DNA from: an uncultured Nocardioides sp.
GTDB lineage: Bacteria > Actinomycetota > Actinomycetes > Propionibacteriales > Nocardioidaceae
Assembly: GCF_902805925.1 (NCBI RefSeq)
Contig: NZ_CADCUP010000192.1
Location: forward strand, 3,830 to 67,829
Direction: 5' to 3'
DNA length: 64,000 nucleotides
Shown: piece after piece, positions 44,945 through 54,528 of the stretch
Layout: every line of letters starts with the position of its first letter
Numbering within the stretch: position 1 is the stretch's first letter
Notes under the pieces: model-generated
Database searches by the model: none
What the model was told of the DNA's origin: nothing
Seen by the model: only the letters and a program-made list of their open reading frames with translations
Translations under genes and position numbers: made by a program

Positions 44945-45592
44945 TCACTGCACCTTGCGGGCGTTCTCGGGCAGCGTCACCAGGAGGGGCTGGCCGACGG
45001 GCATGGCCTGCGCGCCGCGGCGTACGGCGACCAGGGCGAGGGCGTCCTCCCACTCACCGGCCGAGTCGGGCTCGACGGCCGGCCGGCCGAGCATCGAGGC
45101 GCGGAGCAGCCACCGCGAGCCGTTGACCCCGATGATGCGCGAGGGCTGGACGGCGTCGGTGCCGTCGGGGCGCTTGACCGGCATCTGGGCGAGCAGCTCG
45201 GTGCCGAAACGGCCCTCCCGCTCGGCGACCCGGCCGCCACGCCGGGTGATGTCGGCCGCGATCTGGGGCCGCACCTCACTCCAGAGGTCGCCGTTGCGGG
45301 GGGCGGAGAACGCCTGCAGCTCCATGGCGCCGTCCTCGGCGGCCAGCATCACCGCGGCCACCTTGCCGGTGGTCTCGTCGACCTGCAGCCGCAGCTCCCG
45401 GCCTTCCGAGGGCGCGATGAGCAGGGCGCCGAGGTCGATGCGCTCGACGGCGTCGTCGACCGCCTCGGCGTCGTAGGGACCCGACTCAGGGCCGGTCGCG
45501 GACTCCCCGGGGGCCTCGCTCACCTCGTCGGCGACCTGGTCGGGCGACTCCGGGGCGATGGCATCGGATGCGGCCTTGCGACGGAACTTCAC
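44945..45592 (-). CDS. DUF3710-like protein
   Basis: 215 aa with an acidic N-terminus. It sits in the conserved position immediately upstream of the OB-fold gene and downstream of dut. The family name is recalled. Confidence 0.65.
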   Translation of the reverse strand: MKFRRKAASDAIAPESPDQVADEVSEAPGESATGPESGPYDAEAVDDAVERIDLGALLIAPSEGRELRLQVDETTGKVAAVMLAAEDGAMELQAFSAPRNGDLWSEVRPQIAADITRRGGRVAEREGRFGTELLAQMPVKRPDGTDAVQPSRIIGVNGSRWLLRASMLGRPAVEPDSAGEWEDALALVAVRRGAQAMPVGQPLLVTLPENARKVQ

Positions 45593-45627
45593 TGCGTACT
45601 CCTGGCTCGTGCGTCTGTGCGGGGCGG

Positions 45628-46080
45628 TCAGGACAGACCGGATCCCCCCGTGGAACCGTAGCCCCCGTCGCCGCGCGCCGACGCCGGGAGGGCGTCGACC
45701 TCGACGAAGCGGGCCCGCTCGAAGCGCTGGACCACGAGCTGGGCGACGCGGTCGCCGCGCTTGAGCTCCACGGTGTCGAGACGGTCGTGGTTGATCAGCA
45801 GGACCTTGATCTCGCCCCGGTAGCCGGCGTCGACCGTGCCGGGGCTGTTCACGAGCGAGAGCCCGTGCCGCGCGGCGAGGCCGGAGCGGGGATGCACCAG
45901 CGCGACGTACCCCTCCGGCAGGGCGATGGACACACCCGTGGGCACCAGCGCCCGCTCCCCCGGCCCCAGGGTCAGGTCGACGGTGGTGCGCAGGTCGGCA
46001 CCGGCGTCACCGGGATGGGCGTACGACGGCAGCGGCAGGTCGAGGTCGAGCCGCACCAGGGCCACGTCGAGATCGGTCAC
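45628..46080 (-). CDS. dut: dUTP diphosphatase
   Basis: Motifs AGADL, PRSGLA and [14 protein letters not shown] belong to trimeric dUTPases. Confidence 0.9.
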   Translation of the reverse strand: MTDLDVALVRLDLDLPLPSYAHPGDAGADLRTTVDLTLGPGERALVPTGVSIALPEGYVALVHPRSGLAARHGLSLVNSPGTVDAGYRGEIKVLLINHDRLDTVELKRGDRVAQLVVQRFERARFVEVDALPASARGDGGYGSTGGSGLS

Positions 46081-46102
46081 GGACCCAGCCTAGGCTTGTG
46101 GC

Positions 46103-46576
46103 GTGGAGTACGCCGAACGCCTGCACGTCCCGCTCCGGTGGTGGGTCCAGGGCACGATGCTGGTCGCCAGCCTGTGGCTGGCGGTCGTCGTGGCGCTTCC
46201 GGGCGACGTGGCGTGGGCCATCACCGGGGCGGCGATGCTGCTGCTGGCCTGGGCCTTCCTCGCCTTCGGCGGCGCCCGCATCGCGGTGGCGGGCGGCGAG
46301 CTGCGCGCCGGGCGGGCGCACATCGCGACGTCCCTGCTGGGCGCGGCCACCGCGCTGGACGCCGACCAGACCCGCCGGCTCGCCGGTCCGGAGGCCGATG
46401 CCCGGGCCTACCTGCTCCTGCGCCCCTACCTCAAGAGGGCCGTGAGGGTGGAGGTGGTCGACCCGGCCGACCGCACGCCGTACTGGCTGCTGCACACCCG
46501 GCACCCCGACCGGCTGGCCTCCGCGCTCACCGCGGCCACCAGCGTCGCCGGACCCTCGCGCGAGCCGTCTGCGTAG
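46103..46576 (+). CDS. DUF3093-like membrane protein
   Basis: 157 aa with two N-terminal helices. It is divergent from dut, as in other actinobacteria. Confidence 0.6.
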   Translation: MEYAERLHVPLRWWVQGTMLVASLWLAVVVALPGDVAWAITGAAMLLLAWAFLAFGGARIAVAGGELRAGRAHIATSLLGAATALDADQTRRLAGPEADARAYLLLRPYLKRAVRVEVVDPADRTPYWLLHTRHPDRLASALTAATSVAGPSREPSA

Positions 46577-46586
46577 GCTGGCGGGC

Positions 46587-46907
46587 ATGGCATCCGACAG
46601 CTCGAAGTTCTGGTCCGTCTTCTCCCTCGCCTCCGCCCTGCTCGGCGCCGCGGTCGCGAAGAAGACCCTCAACACCTCCTGGCGCGCGGCGACCGGCAAG
46701 AACCCGCCCGGAAACCCCGCCGACCCCGACGTCGACCTCTGGGAGGCGGTGGCCTGGGCCGCCGTCAGCGGCACGGTGATCGCGATCGCCCGGATGTTCG
46801 CGGCCCGCAAGGCGGCCGACTACTACACCAGGTCGACCGGTCACCTCCCGCCCGACCTGCGCAAGGACGACCAGGCCGCGGGATCCGCGGAGGCCGCGAA
46901 GACCTGA
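46587..46907 (+). CDS. DUF4235-like small membrane-associated protein
   Basis: 106 aa. The sequence reads KFWSVFSLASALLGAAVAKKTLNTSWRAATGKNPP... Confidence 0.55.
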   Translation: MASDSSKFWSVFSLASALLGAAVAKKTLNTSWRAATGKNPPGNPADPDVDLWEAVAWAAVSGTVIAIARMFAARKAADYYTRSTGHLPPDLRKDDQAAGSAEAAKT

Positions 46908-46917
46908 CCCGCACGCG

Positions 46918-46954
46918 ACGAGGGCCGCGACCCCCGGTGGGTCGCGGCCCTCGT
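46918..46954. terminator. bidirectional stem-loop between convergent genes
   Basis: A perfect 16-bp inverted repeat ACGAGGGCCGCGACCC / GGGTCGCGGCCCTCGT has a 5-nt loop. Confidence 0.6.
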
Positions 46955-46974
46955 GAGCAGAGGTGGTGGCCGGG

Positions 46975-47265
46975 TCAGACGCAGTCCCGGCAGACCATGG
47001 CCTTCTCGTCGGCGAGCTGCGAGCGGTGGTGCACCAGGAAGCAGCTCATGCAGGTGAACTCGTCCTCCTGCTTGGGCTTGACCTCCACGGCCAGCTCCTC
47101 GTGCGACAGGTCGGCGCCCGGCAGCTCGAAGGACTCGGCCGCCTCCGCCTCGTCCTCGTCGACCTTGCCCGAGTTCTTGTCGTGCCGACGAGCCTTGAGC
47201 TCCTCGATGCTCTCTTCGCTCTGGTCTTCCTCGTTCTTGCGCGGTGCGTCGTAGTCAGTCGCCAT
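46975..47265 (-). CDS. DUF4193-like acidic zinc-ribbon protein
   Basis: The ATG at 47265 gives MATDYDAPRKNEEDQSEESIEELK...FTCMSCFLVHHRSQL...MVCRDC, with a CxxC...CxxC pattern. The 314-aa track ORF is an artefact overlapping the IMPase gene. Confidence 0.72.
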   Translation of the reverse strand: MATDYDAPRKNEEDQSEESIEELKARRHDKNSGKVDEDEAEAAESFELPGADLSHEELAVEVKPKQEDEFTCMSCFLVHHRSQLADEKAMVCRDCV

Positions 47266-47405
47266 GTCCCTCGTCCCACTCCCCAACAGCCGTGCAGACG
47301 GCTGTCGGTCCCGTCTCGTCGTCGGCGCGCCAGATAATGCACCATCACCGTCGGTGTCGCACCACTGGCCTCGGCCGTGTGCCGTGAACACCAGGTGACG
47401 GGGCG

Positions 47406-48248
47406 CTATTCCCGCATGCCTGTGCCTGCCCCGGCGACGTAGCCGCACGCCCGGAGGGTGGTGACGAAGGCGTCCCAGCCGTCGGCCGGTGCGGCCGTGA
47501 CCAGGGTCTCCTGCGGCCACCCGGGGATGCGGGTACCCAATGCGCCGGGAAGCACGCCGAACCGTCCACCGGCCTCGGTGAGCACCAGGCTGGCCGCGGC
47601 CCAGTCCCACGGCTGCGACCCCTCCTCGACGTAGCCGTCGGCGCTCCCCTCCGCCACGTGGCAGATGTCGAGCGCGGAGGACCCCATGCGCCGGATGTCG
47701 CGCACCTGCGGGAGCAGCCGGCTGAGGCAGTCTGCCTGGTGGACGCGGACCTCGCGCAGGTAACCGAAGCCGGTCATGATCAACCGCTCCTGCATCGGCG
47801 GTGCCGGCCGCACGCGCAGGGGCACGCCGTTGCGGGTCGACCCCTGGCCCCGGGCCGCGGCGTACTCGGCGCCCGAGGGCACGTTGACGACCGCCCCCGC
47901 GATGATCTCGCACTCCCACTCGGCGGCGACGGAGACGGCGTACTGGGGCAGGTCGTAGAGGAAGTTGACGGTGCCGTCGATCGGGTCGACGATCCAGCGC
48001 ACCCCGCTGGTGCCGGCGTGGTCGTCGCCCTCCTCGCCCAGGATGGCGTCGTCGGGACGGGCCCCGAGCAGCAGGCCGCGCACCAGCTCCTCGCTGGCCC
48101 GGTCGGCCTCGGTGACCACGTCGGTGCCCGAGCTCTTGGTGTCGGCCACCGCCACCCCCGCCGCGCGGCGCTCGGCGACCAGCCTGGACGCCTGCCGGGC
48201 CACGTCGAGGGCGAGCTCGCGCAGCTCGACGACGTCGGGCGCGGCCAT
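47406..48248 (-). CDS. inositol monophosphatase family protein
   Basis: IMPase motifs ILGEEG and WIVDPIDGTVNF are present. The ATG at 48248 abuts the ferrochelatase stop. Confidence 0.85.
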   Translation of the reverse strand: MAAPDVVELRELALDVARQASRLVAERRAAGVAVADTKSSGTDVVTEADRASEELVRGLLLGARPDDAILGEEGDDHAGTSGVRWIVDPIDGTVNFLYDLPQYAVSVAAEWECEIIAGAVVNVPSGAEYAAARGQGSTRNGVPLRVRPAPPMQERLIMTGFGYLREVRVHQADCLSRLLPQVRDIRRMGSSALDICHVAEGSADGYVEEGSQPWDWAAASLVLTEAGGRFGVLPGALGTRIPGWPQETLVTAAPADGWDAFVTTLRACGYVAGAGTGMRE

Positions 48249-49339
48249 CAGTCCGACCCGCACAGCGCCGGGCGGGGACCGCGCGGGTTGGCGCAGCACC
48301 CCGGGGCGCACACCTCGCGCCAGGGGCCCATCGAGCCCACGGCCCTCCGCTCCACGTCGTCGCCGCGCTCGACCGCCGCCCGCTCCACCAGCAGGTCGCG
48401 GACCATGGCCACGAAGCGCGGGTCGATGCCGGGCGTCGCCGCTCGGGCCGCCGGCAGCCCCAGCTCGCCCGCGGTGGCCAGCGCCTCGGTGTCGAGGTCG
48501 TAGATGACCTCCATGTGGTCGGAGACGAAGCCGATCGGGATCAGCACGACGGCGGGCACGCCCTGGGCCGCCAGCGCCTCGAGGTGGTCGTTGACGTCGG
48601 GCTCGAGCCACGGCACCTGCGGCGGCCCGGAGCGCGAGCAGTAGACGAGGTCGTGCGGGTGGCGCCGTCCGGTCTCCTGGCGCATCCTCTCCACCACCTC
48701 GGCCGAGGCACTGAGGTGCTGGGTGACGTAGGCGTCGCCGTCGGGACCGCTGCCCTGCGCCATCGCGACGGGGATCGAGTGGGTCACGAACGCCAGCCGG
48801 GCCTGCTCGCGCACCGCGTCGGGCAGCTGGGCGAGCGCGGCCAGCGTGGCGTCGACGACCGGCTCGACGAAGCCGGGGTGGTTGAAGTACTGCCGCAGCC
48901 GGTCCAGGCGAGGCGCCCCGGGCACCTGCGCCACCGCGTCGGCGAGGTTCTCGCGGTACTGCCGGCACGAGGAGTACGACGAGTAGGCCGACGTGGTCAG
49001 CACCGCGGCCCGGCGGATGCCGTCGGCGGCCATCTGGCGCAGCGTGTCGGCGAGGTACGGCGTCCAGTTGCGGTTGCCCCAGTAGACCGGCAGGTCGATC
49101 CCGGCACCGGCGAGGTCCTCGCGGACGGCCCCGAGGAGCAGCCGGTTCTGGTCGTTGATGGGCGAGCGCCCGCCGAAGAGGAAGTAGTGCTGGCCGACCT
49201 CCTCGAGGCGCTCGCGCGGGATGCCGCGACCGCGGGTCACGTTCTCGAGGAACGGCACGACGTCCTCGGGCTTCTCGGGTCCCCCGAACGAGAGCAGCAG
49301 GAGCGCGTCGTACGGAGAGACGTCCACAGGCATGGGCAC
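48248..49339 (-). CDS. hemH: ferrochelatase (coproporphyrin-type, with C-terminal Cys cluster)
   Basis: It has the ferrochelatase fold motifs [13 protein letters not shown]...RSPI... and a C-terminal CAPGCC...C cysteine pattern. That pattern is known from [2Fe-2S] actinobacterial ferrochelatases. Confidence 0.88.
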   Translation of the reverse strand: MPMPVDVSPYDALLLLSFGGPEKPEDVVPFLENVTRGRGIPRERLEEVGQHYFLFGGRSPINDQNRLLLGAVREDLAGAGIDLPVYWGNRNWTPYLADTLRQMAADGIRRAAVLTTSAYSSYSSCRQYRENLADAVAQVPGAPRLDRLRQYFNHPGFVEPVVDATLAALAQLPDAVREQARLAFVTHSIPVAMAQGSGPDGDAYVTQHLSASAEVVERMRQETGRRHPHDLVYCSRSGPPQVPWLEPDVNDHLEALAAQGVPAVVLIPIGFVSDHMEVIYDLDTEALATAGELGLPAARAATPGIDPRFVAMVRDLLVERAAVERGDDVERRAVGSMGPWREVCAPGCCANPRGPRPALCGSD

Positions 49340-49399
49340 ATCGTAGGGAGGCGTCCGGAATTGGTCGGCGAGCGGTCGGCGGGCCTACCGTCCGCAGTG

Positions 49400-50608
49400 A
49401 TGTTCAGCTCGTACGGCCGGCTCCTCCACGTCCCCGGCGCCCTCCGCTTCTCCTCCGCCGCGCTGCTCGGCCGTCTCCAGATCTCCATGGTCGGCCTGGG
49501 CATCGTGCTGCTCGTGTCGGCGCGCACCGGCTCCTACGGGCTCGCGGGCGTGCTCTCGGCCACCTACGTGATCGCCGACGCCGCCCTGGCGATCGTCAAG
49601 GGCTCCCTCGTGGACCGCCTCGGGCAGGCCCGGGTCCTGGTGACCGGCATCTCGGTGTGGGGCGCGGGGCTGACGGTGCTGGTGCTGGCCGTCGAGCTCG
49701 GCTGGCCGGCCTGGACGCCGTACGCCGGCGCGGCGGTCGCCGGCGCGGCCGTGCCGCAGGTCGGCTCGGCGGTGCGGGCGCGCTGGTCGCACGTGCTGGT
49801 GGACCGCACCCAGGTCGGCACGGCGTACGCGCTGGAGGCGGTGCTCGACGAGGTGGTCTTCATGGTCGGGCCCATCGTGGTGACCCTGCTCGCGACCCTG
49901 TGGCACCCGCTCGCGGGCCTGCTGGTCGCCCTCGCGACCGGGCTCGCGGGCACCCTGGCCTACGCCGCCCAGACCGACACCCAGCCGCCCGCCCACACCC
50001 ACCACGCCGACCAGGGTCCGCGGCCGGGGATGCCGTGGCGGGCCGTGGTGCCGGTGGCCGTCGTGTGCCTGGCGCTCGGCGCGCTGTTCGGCGCGGCGGA
50101 GGTGACCACCGTGGCGTTCTCCGAGGAGCAGGGACGCACGGGCCTGGCCGGTGTGCTCCTGGCCGTCTGGGCCTTCGGCAGCCTGGTCGCCGGCCTCGTC
50201 GCGGGAGCCCTGCGCTGGCGCTCCAGCCTCGAGAGCCGGCTGCGCGTCGGCACGATGGCGATGCTCGCCGCGATGCTGCCACTGGCCTTCGTCGGTCATG
50301 TCGCGCTGATGGCGCCGGTGCTGCTGCTCGGCGGCCTGGCGATCGCCCCCACCATGATCGCCACGATGATGCTCACCGAGCAGGTGGTGCCGTCGGCGCG
50401 GCTCACCGAGGGGATGGGCATCATGCACACGGCGCTGGTGGCCGGTGTCGCTCCCGGCGCCACGCTCGCCGGACTGGTCGTCGACGCCCGCGGAGCGTCG
50501 TGGGCGTATGCCGTCCCGGTCGTCGCCGGACTGGTGGCGGTGCTCGCGGCCCAGGCCACCCGGGGCGCCGACTACGGCGCTGCGCGGCCCGTCGCGGCCC
50601 GTCTCTAG
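49400..50608 (+). CDS. MFS transporter
   Basis: I chose the ATG at 49400 (GTG 49397 is an alternative). It has 12 predicted helices and Ala/Leu/Gly-rich composition. Confidence 0.72.
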   Translation: MFSSYGRLLHVPGALRFSSAALLGRLQISMVGLGIVLLVSARTGSYGLAGVLSATYVIADAALAIVKGSLVDRLGQARVLVTGISVWGAGLTVLVLAVELGWPAWTPYAGAAVAGAAVPQVGSAVRARWSHVLVDRTQVGTAYALEAVLDEVVFMVGPIVVTLLATLWHPLAGLLVALATGLAGTLAYAAQTDTQPPAHTHHADQGPRPGMPWRAVVPVAVVCLALGALFGAAEVTTVAFSEEQGRTGLAGVLLAVWAFGSLVAGLVAGALRWRSSLESRLRVGTMAMLAAMLPLAFVGHVALMAPVLLLGGLAIAPTMIATMMLTEQVVPSARLTEGMGIMHTALVAGVAPGATLAGLVVDARGASWAYAVPVVAGLVAVLAAQATRGADYGAARPVAARL

Positions 50609-51274
50609 ACGCTCGCCGGACCGGTGGGCATCGGCGCCTGCCAGCCGCGCCACATCGCCAGCAGCCGCCACATCAGGCAGGTGGCCGCAGCGAGCGGCAC
50701 GACGACCCCCATGGGCTGGTCCCAGCGCTCCCCGAGCACGGCGATGAGGGCGCCGGCGAGCGCCGGGGTGGCGTACAGCTCGCCGCGGAACACGATGGGC
50801 ACCCGGCCGGCCAGCACGTCGCGGGCCATCCCGCCGCCGGTCGCGGTGACCATGCCCATCAGCGCGGCCGGCAGCGGGCCGAGGCCGAACGCGGTGGCCT
50901 TGAGGGCGCCGGTGACGCAGAAGAGCGCGAGACCGAAGGCGTCGAAGACATTCACGACGCGCTCCATCCGGCCCACGGCCGGATGGAAGCCGAACGTGAT
51001 CGCCCCCGCGGCCACCGGCACCAACAGGTAGCGCCAGTCGGCGAGGGCCGCGGGCGGGGTGGCGTCGATGAGCACGTCGCGCAGGAAGCCGCCGCCGAGC
51101 CCGGTGACGCCGGCGAGCACCAGCACCGCGAAGAGGTCGAAGCCCTTGCGCACGGCCACCAGGGCGCCGGAGATGGCGAAGACGAAGATCCCGACGAGGT
51201 CCAGGACGACCAGCCCCGCCGACTGCTCCGGCACGGCCGCAACCAGGGCGATCGTCGGCGACACAGGCGGAGGA
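50605..51274 (-). CDS. TRIC/UPF0126-family cation channel membrane protein
   Basis: It contains two UPF0126 repeats with GGG motifs (VTGLGGGFLRD and VTATGGGMARD). The start is uncertain (GTG 51274 or GTG 51244). Confidence 0.68.
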
Positions 51275-51418
51275 TATCGCCCGGCGGCCGGGGCCGGCCT
51301 CGGCCGCGGGCGGATCGTCGCGGGGCGCGCCGCCGGTCGTGCGCGAGAGCACGCCTCGCGCTGGCGTAGGCTCGGCAGCCAACCGGAACCACGCACGACT
51401 GAGCAGGAGCAGACCCCG

Positions 51419-52465
51419 ATGGTGCATCTCTCGCTCGCAGGACTGAGCGACGACGGCACCCGTCTGCTGCTGCTCGACGACGCCGGCGGCGAGTACACCC
51501 TCGCCGTCGACCCCGCCCTCCGGGCCGCCCTGCGCGGCGAGCACGCACGCCTCGGCCAGTTGGAGATCACCATGGACAGCGCCATCCGCCCGCGAGACAT
51601 CCAGGCCCGCATCCGTGCCGGCGAGACCCCCGAGTCGGTGGCCAAGGCCGCGCAGACGACCGTCGAGAAGATCATGACGTTCGCGGGCCCGGTGCTCGAC
51701 GAGCGCGCGCACGTGGCGCAGCGCGCCCAGCGCTCGACGTTGCGGCGCCGCAGCGGCGAGGGCTCGCTCGGCGGCGGTCGCACGCTCGAGGACGCCGTGA
51801 CCCACCACCTGCACGGCCTCGGGGTCGACGTCCGCACGGTCGACTGGGACGCCTTCCGGCGCGAGGACGGCAAGTGGACCCTCACCGCGCAGTACGCCGC
51901 CGGCTCGCGGAAGGGGGCCGCGACCTTCTCCTTCGACGTGCCGGGCAACTACGTCACGGTGGAGGACGACGACGCGAGGTGGCTGGTGGGCGAGGCGGTG
52001 CAGCGCCCGGCCGCGCGCACCGAGCAGTCCGACGCCGAGCCCACCGACGAGGCGGCCGGGCCGCGCCGGCGCCGGCTCGCCGCCGTGCCGGCCGACGAGC
52101 TGCCGCTCGGTGACGACGCGATCGAGATGGTCTCCGGCGACCGGCCCTCCGGCGACCGGCCGTCCCCCGCGCAGGCCCCCGGTGACGACGACGAGACGGT
52201 CGACCTGACCGACGCCATGCGCGGCCGGGTGGAGCCGGAGCAGGAGCAGGCACCGGTGACCCCCGCGACGGTGGCCGCTCCCGAGCCGGAGGCCGCCGAC
52301 CGGCCCGAGGCCGACACCGAAGCCGGAGACGACGCCGGAGCCGGGACCGACGCCACCGACGAGCAGCCGGCCGAGCCGCCGCGCCGGCCGGTCAGGAAGT
52401 CCCGCGGGCGGGCCTCGGTGCCGAGCTGGGACGAGATCATGTTCGGCGGCGGCAAGGGGGAATGA
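51419..52465 (+). CDS. sepH: septation protein SepH (DUF3071)
   Basis: The ATG at 51419 has GCAGGAGC upstream. The N-terminal DUF3071-like domain reads MVHLSLAGLSDDGTRLLLLDDAGGEYTL...IRPRDIQARIRAGE. A disordered acidic linker and the basic C-terminal motif RKSRGRASVPSWDEIMFG follow. Confidence 0.75.
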   Translation: MVHLSLAGLSDDGTRLLLLDDAGGEYTLAVDPALRAALRGEHARLGQLEITMDSAIRPRDIQARIRAGETPESVAKAAQTTVEKIMTFAGPVLDERAHVAQRAQRSTLRRRSGEGSLGGGRTLEDAVTHHLHGLGVDVRTVDWDAFRREDGKWTLTAQYAAGSRKGAATFSFDVPGNYVTVEDDDARWLVGEAVQRPAARTEQSDAEPTDEAAGPRRRRLAAVPADELPLGDDAIEMVSGDRPSGDRPSPAQAPGDDDETVDLTDAMRGRVEPEQEQAPVTPATVAAPEPEAADRPEADTEAGDDAGAGTDATDEQPAEPPRRPVRKSRGRASVPSWDEIMFGGGKGE

Positions 52466-52506
52466 CGGCGGGTGACCCGGCCGCTCCCGGTCAGTAGGGT
52501 CACCGC

Positions 52507-54528
52507 ATGTCGTACTTCGTGACCGGCGCCACCGGGTTCATCGGGCGGCACCTCGTGCAGCAGCTCCTCGAGCGCCGCGAGGGCGACGTCCACGTGCTCG
52601 TCCGCCCGGCCTCGCTCGCGCGGATGGAGCGGCTGGCGGCGCGCTGGAACGAGCGGGCGGGCACCACGCGGGTCCTGCCCGTCACCGGTGACCTCACCAG
52701 CCCCGGTCTCGGCGTCGCGACGTCCTGGATCCAGGCGCACCACGGTCACATCGACCACGTCCTCCACCTCGCGGCGGTCTACGACATGACCGCCGACGAG
52801 GAGGTCAACGAGGTCATGAACGTGGGCGGCACCCGCGAGGCGCTGGCGTTCGCGACCGCCGTCGCCGCGGGATGCTTCCACCACGTGTCGTCGGTCGCGG
52901 TGGCGGGCGACCTCCGCGGCCACTTCGACGAGTCGATGTTCGACGAGGGGCAGCACCTCCCCTCGCCGTACCACCGCACGAAGCACGAGTCCGAGCGCCT
53001 CGTGCGCGCCCAGCACGCCGTGCCGTGGCGGGTCTACCGGCCCTCGGTGGTGGTGGGGCACAGCGAGACCGGCGCGATGGACAAGTCCGACGGCCCCTAC
53101 TACTTCTTCCCGATGCTCAGGGCCCTGCGCGGCGTGCTGCCCGCGTGGCTGCCGCTGGCCGGGCCCGACCTCGGTGACACCAACGTGGTGCCCGTCGACT
53201 ACGTCGCGGCGGCGATCGACCACCTCGCCCACCTGCCCGGCCGGGACGGCGAGACCTTCCACCTCGTCAACCCGGAGCCGCAGCCGGTGATCGGCACGCT
53301 CAACCTCTTCTGCGCGGCCGCCGGGGCACCGCAGCTCGCCACCCCCGTCGACCGCGACGTCACCTCCCGGGGGCTGCTCGGCATGGTGCCCCGGGCCCTG
53401 CGGCCCTCCACGCTGGTCGGGGCCCTGGTGCGCTCGACGCCCGGGCAGCTCGTGCTCGACCAGACGCTGGGCCGGGCGGGGGTGCCGGCCGAGGTGCTGG
53501 CCCACACCAGCTTCTCGTCGGTCCTCGACTCGCGCGCGACCGAGCGGGCCCTCGCCGGCTCGGGCATCGCCGTGCCCGACCTCGAGTCGTACGCCGAGCG
53601 GCTCTGGACCTACTGGGAGGAGCACCTGGACGAGTCGACGGGCAGGGACGCCGACACCCGGGCCGCCCTGCAGGGCAAGCACGTCGTCGTCACCGGGGCC
53701 TCCTCGGGCATCGGCCAGGTCACCGCCCTCAAGGTCGCCCAGGCCGGCGGCATCCCGGTCCTCGTCGCGCGGGGCAAGCACAAGCTCGAGGAGGTCCGCG
53801 ACGCCATCGAGCGGCGCGGCGGTGAGGCGCTGGTCTTCCCGTGCGACCTCTCGAACCTCGGCGCGATCGACGCGTTGTGCGACCAGCTCGCCGAGGAGCT
53901 GCCGGCCATCGACTTCGTCGTCAACAACGCCGGCCGGTCCATCCGCCGGTCCCTGCACCTCTCGCACGACCGCTTCCACGACTTCGAACGCACCATGCAG
54001 CTCAACTACTTCGGGGCGATCCGGCTCGTCATGGGCCTGCTGCCGGCGATGCGGGCGCGCTACTCGGGGCACGTGGTCAACGTCAGCTCGATCGGGGTGC
54101 AGACCAACCCGCCCCGCTTCTCGGCGTACGTGGCGTCGAAGGCGGCGCTCGACGCGTGGAGCAACGTGGTGGCCTCGGAGGTGGTCGGCGACGGCATCAC
54201 CTTCACCAGCATCCACATGCCGCTGGTGCGGACGCCGATGATCGCGCCGACGGCCCTCTACGACAAGTTCCCCACCATCTCCCCCGCCCAGGCGGCCGAC
54301 CTGGTGATCCGCGCGATGGTGGAGAAGCCGCACGAGATCAACACCGCCCTGGGCAACGTGGGCGCGATCGCCCACACGCTCGCGCCGAAGACGGCGTTCC
54401 GGGTGCTCAACATGGCCTACCACGTGTTCCCGGACTCGGCCGTGGCCCGGGGCGAGCCGACGGACGCGGCCAAGCGCGAGTCGGAGCAGATCATGCTGGC
54501 CCGGCTGTTCCGGGGCGTGCACTGGTGA
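52507..54528 (+). CDS. two-domain SDR-family fatty acyl-CoA reductase-like oxidoreductase
   Basis: The N-terminal extended-SDR/thioester-reductase domain carries VTGATGFIG. The C-terminal classical SDR domain carries VTGASSGIG and YVASKAALDAW. Length is 673 aa. Confidence 0.72.
   Translation: MSYFVTGATGFIGRHLVQQLLERREGDVHVLVRPASLARMERLAARWNERAGTTRVLPVTGDLTSPGLGVATSWIQAHHGHIDHVLHLAAVYDMTADEEVNEVMNVGGTREALAFATAVAAGCFHHVSSVAVAGDLRGHFDESMFDEGQHLPSPYHRTKHESERLVRAQHAVPWRVYRPSVVVGHSETGAMDKSDGPYYFFPMLRALRGVLPAWLPLAGPDLGDTNVVPVDYVAAAIDHLAHLPGRDGETFHLVNPEPQPVIGTLNLFCAAAGAPQLATPVDRDVTSRGLLGMVPRALRPSTLVGALVRSTPGQLVLDQTLGRAGVPAEVLAHTSFSSVLDSRATERALAGSGIAVPDLESYAERLWTYWEEHLDESTGRDADTRAALQGKHVVVTGASSGIGQVTALKVAQAGGIPVLVARGKHKLEEVRDAIERRGGEALVFPCDLSNLGAIDALCDQLAEELPAIDFVVNNAGRSIRRSLHLSHDRFHDFERTMQLNYFGAIRLVMGLLPAMRARYSGHVVNVSSIGVQTNPPRFSAYVASKAALDAWSNVVASEVVGDGITFTSIHMPLVRTPMIAPTALYDKFPTISPAQAADLVIRAMVEKPHEINTALGNVGAIAHTLAPKTAFRVLNMAYHVFPDSAVARGEPTDAAKRESEQIMLARLFRGVHW

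Noticed and set aside
47287-47304. A small hairpin CAGCCGT-GCAG-ACGGCTG between the IMPase gene and the DUF4193-like gene.
   Set aside because: The stem is only 7 bp, and it lies 22 nt upstream of the DUF4193-like start. It could be a weak terminator or a leader structure, and nothing distinguishes the two.
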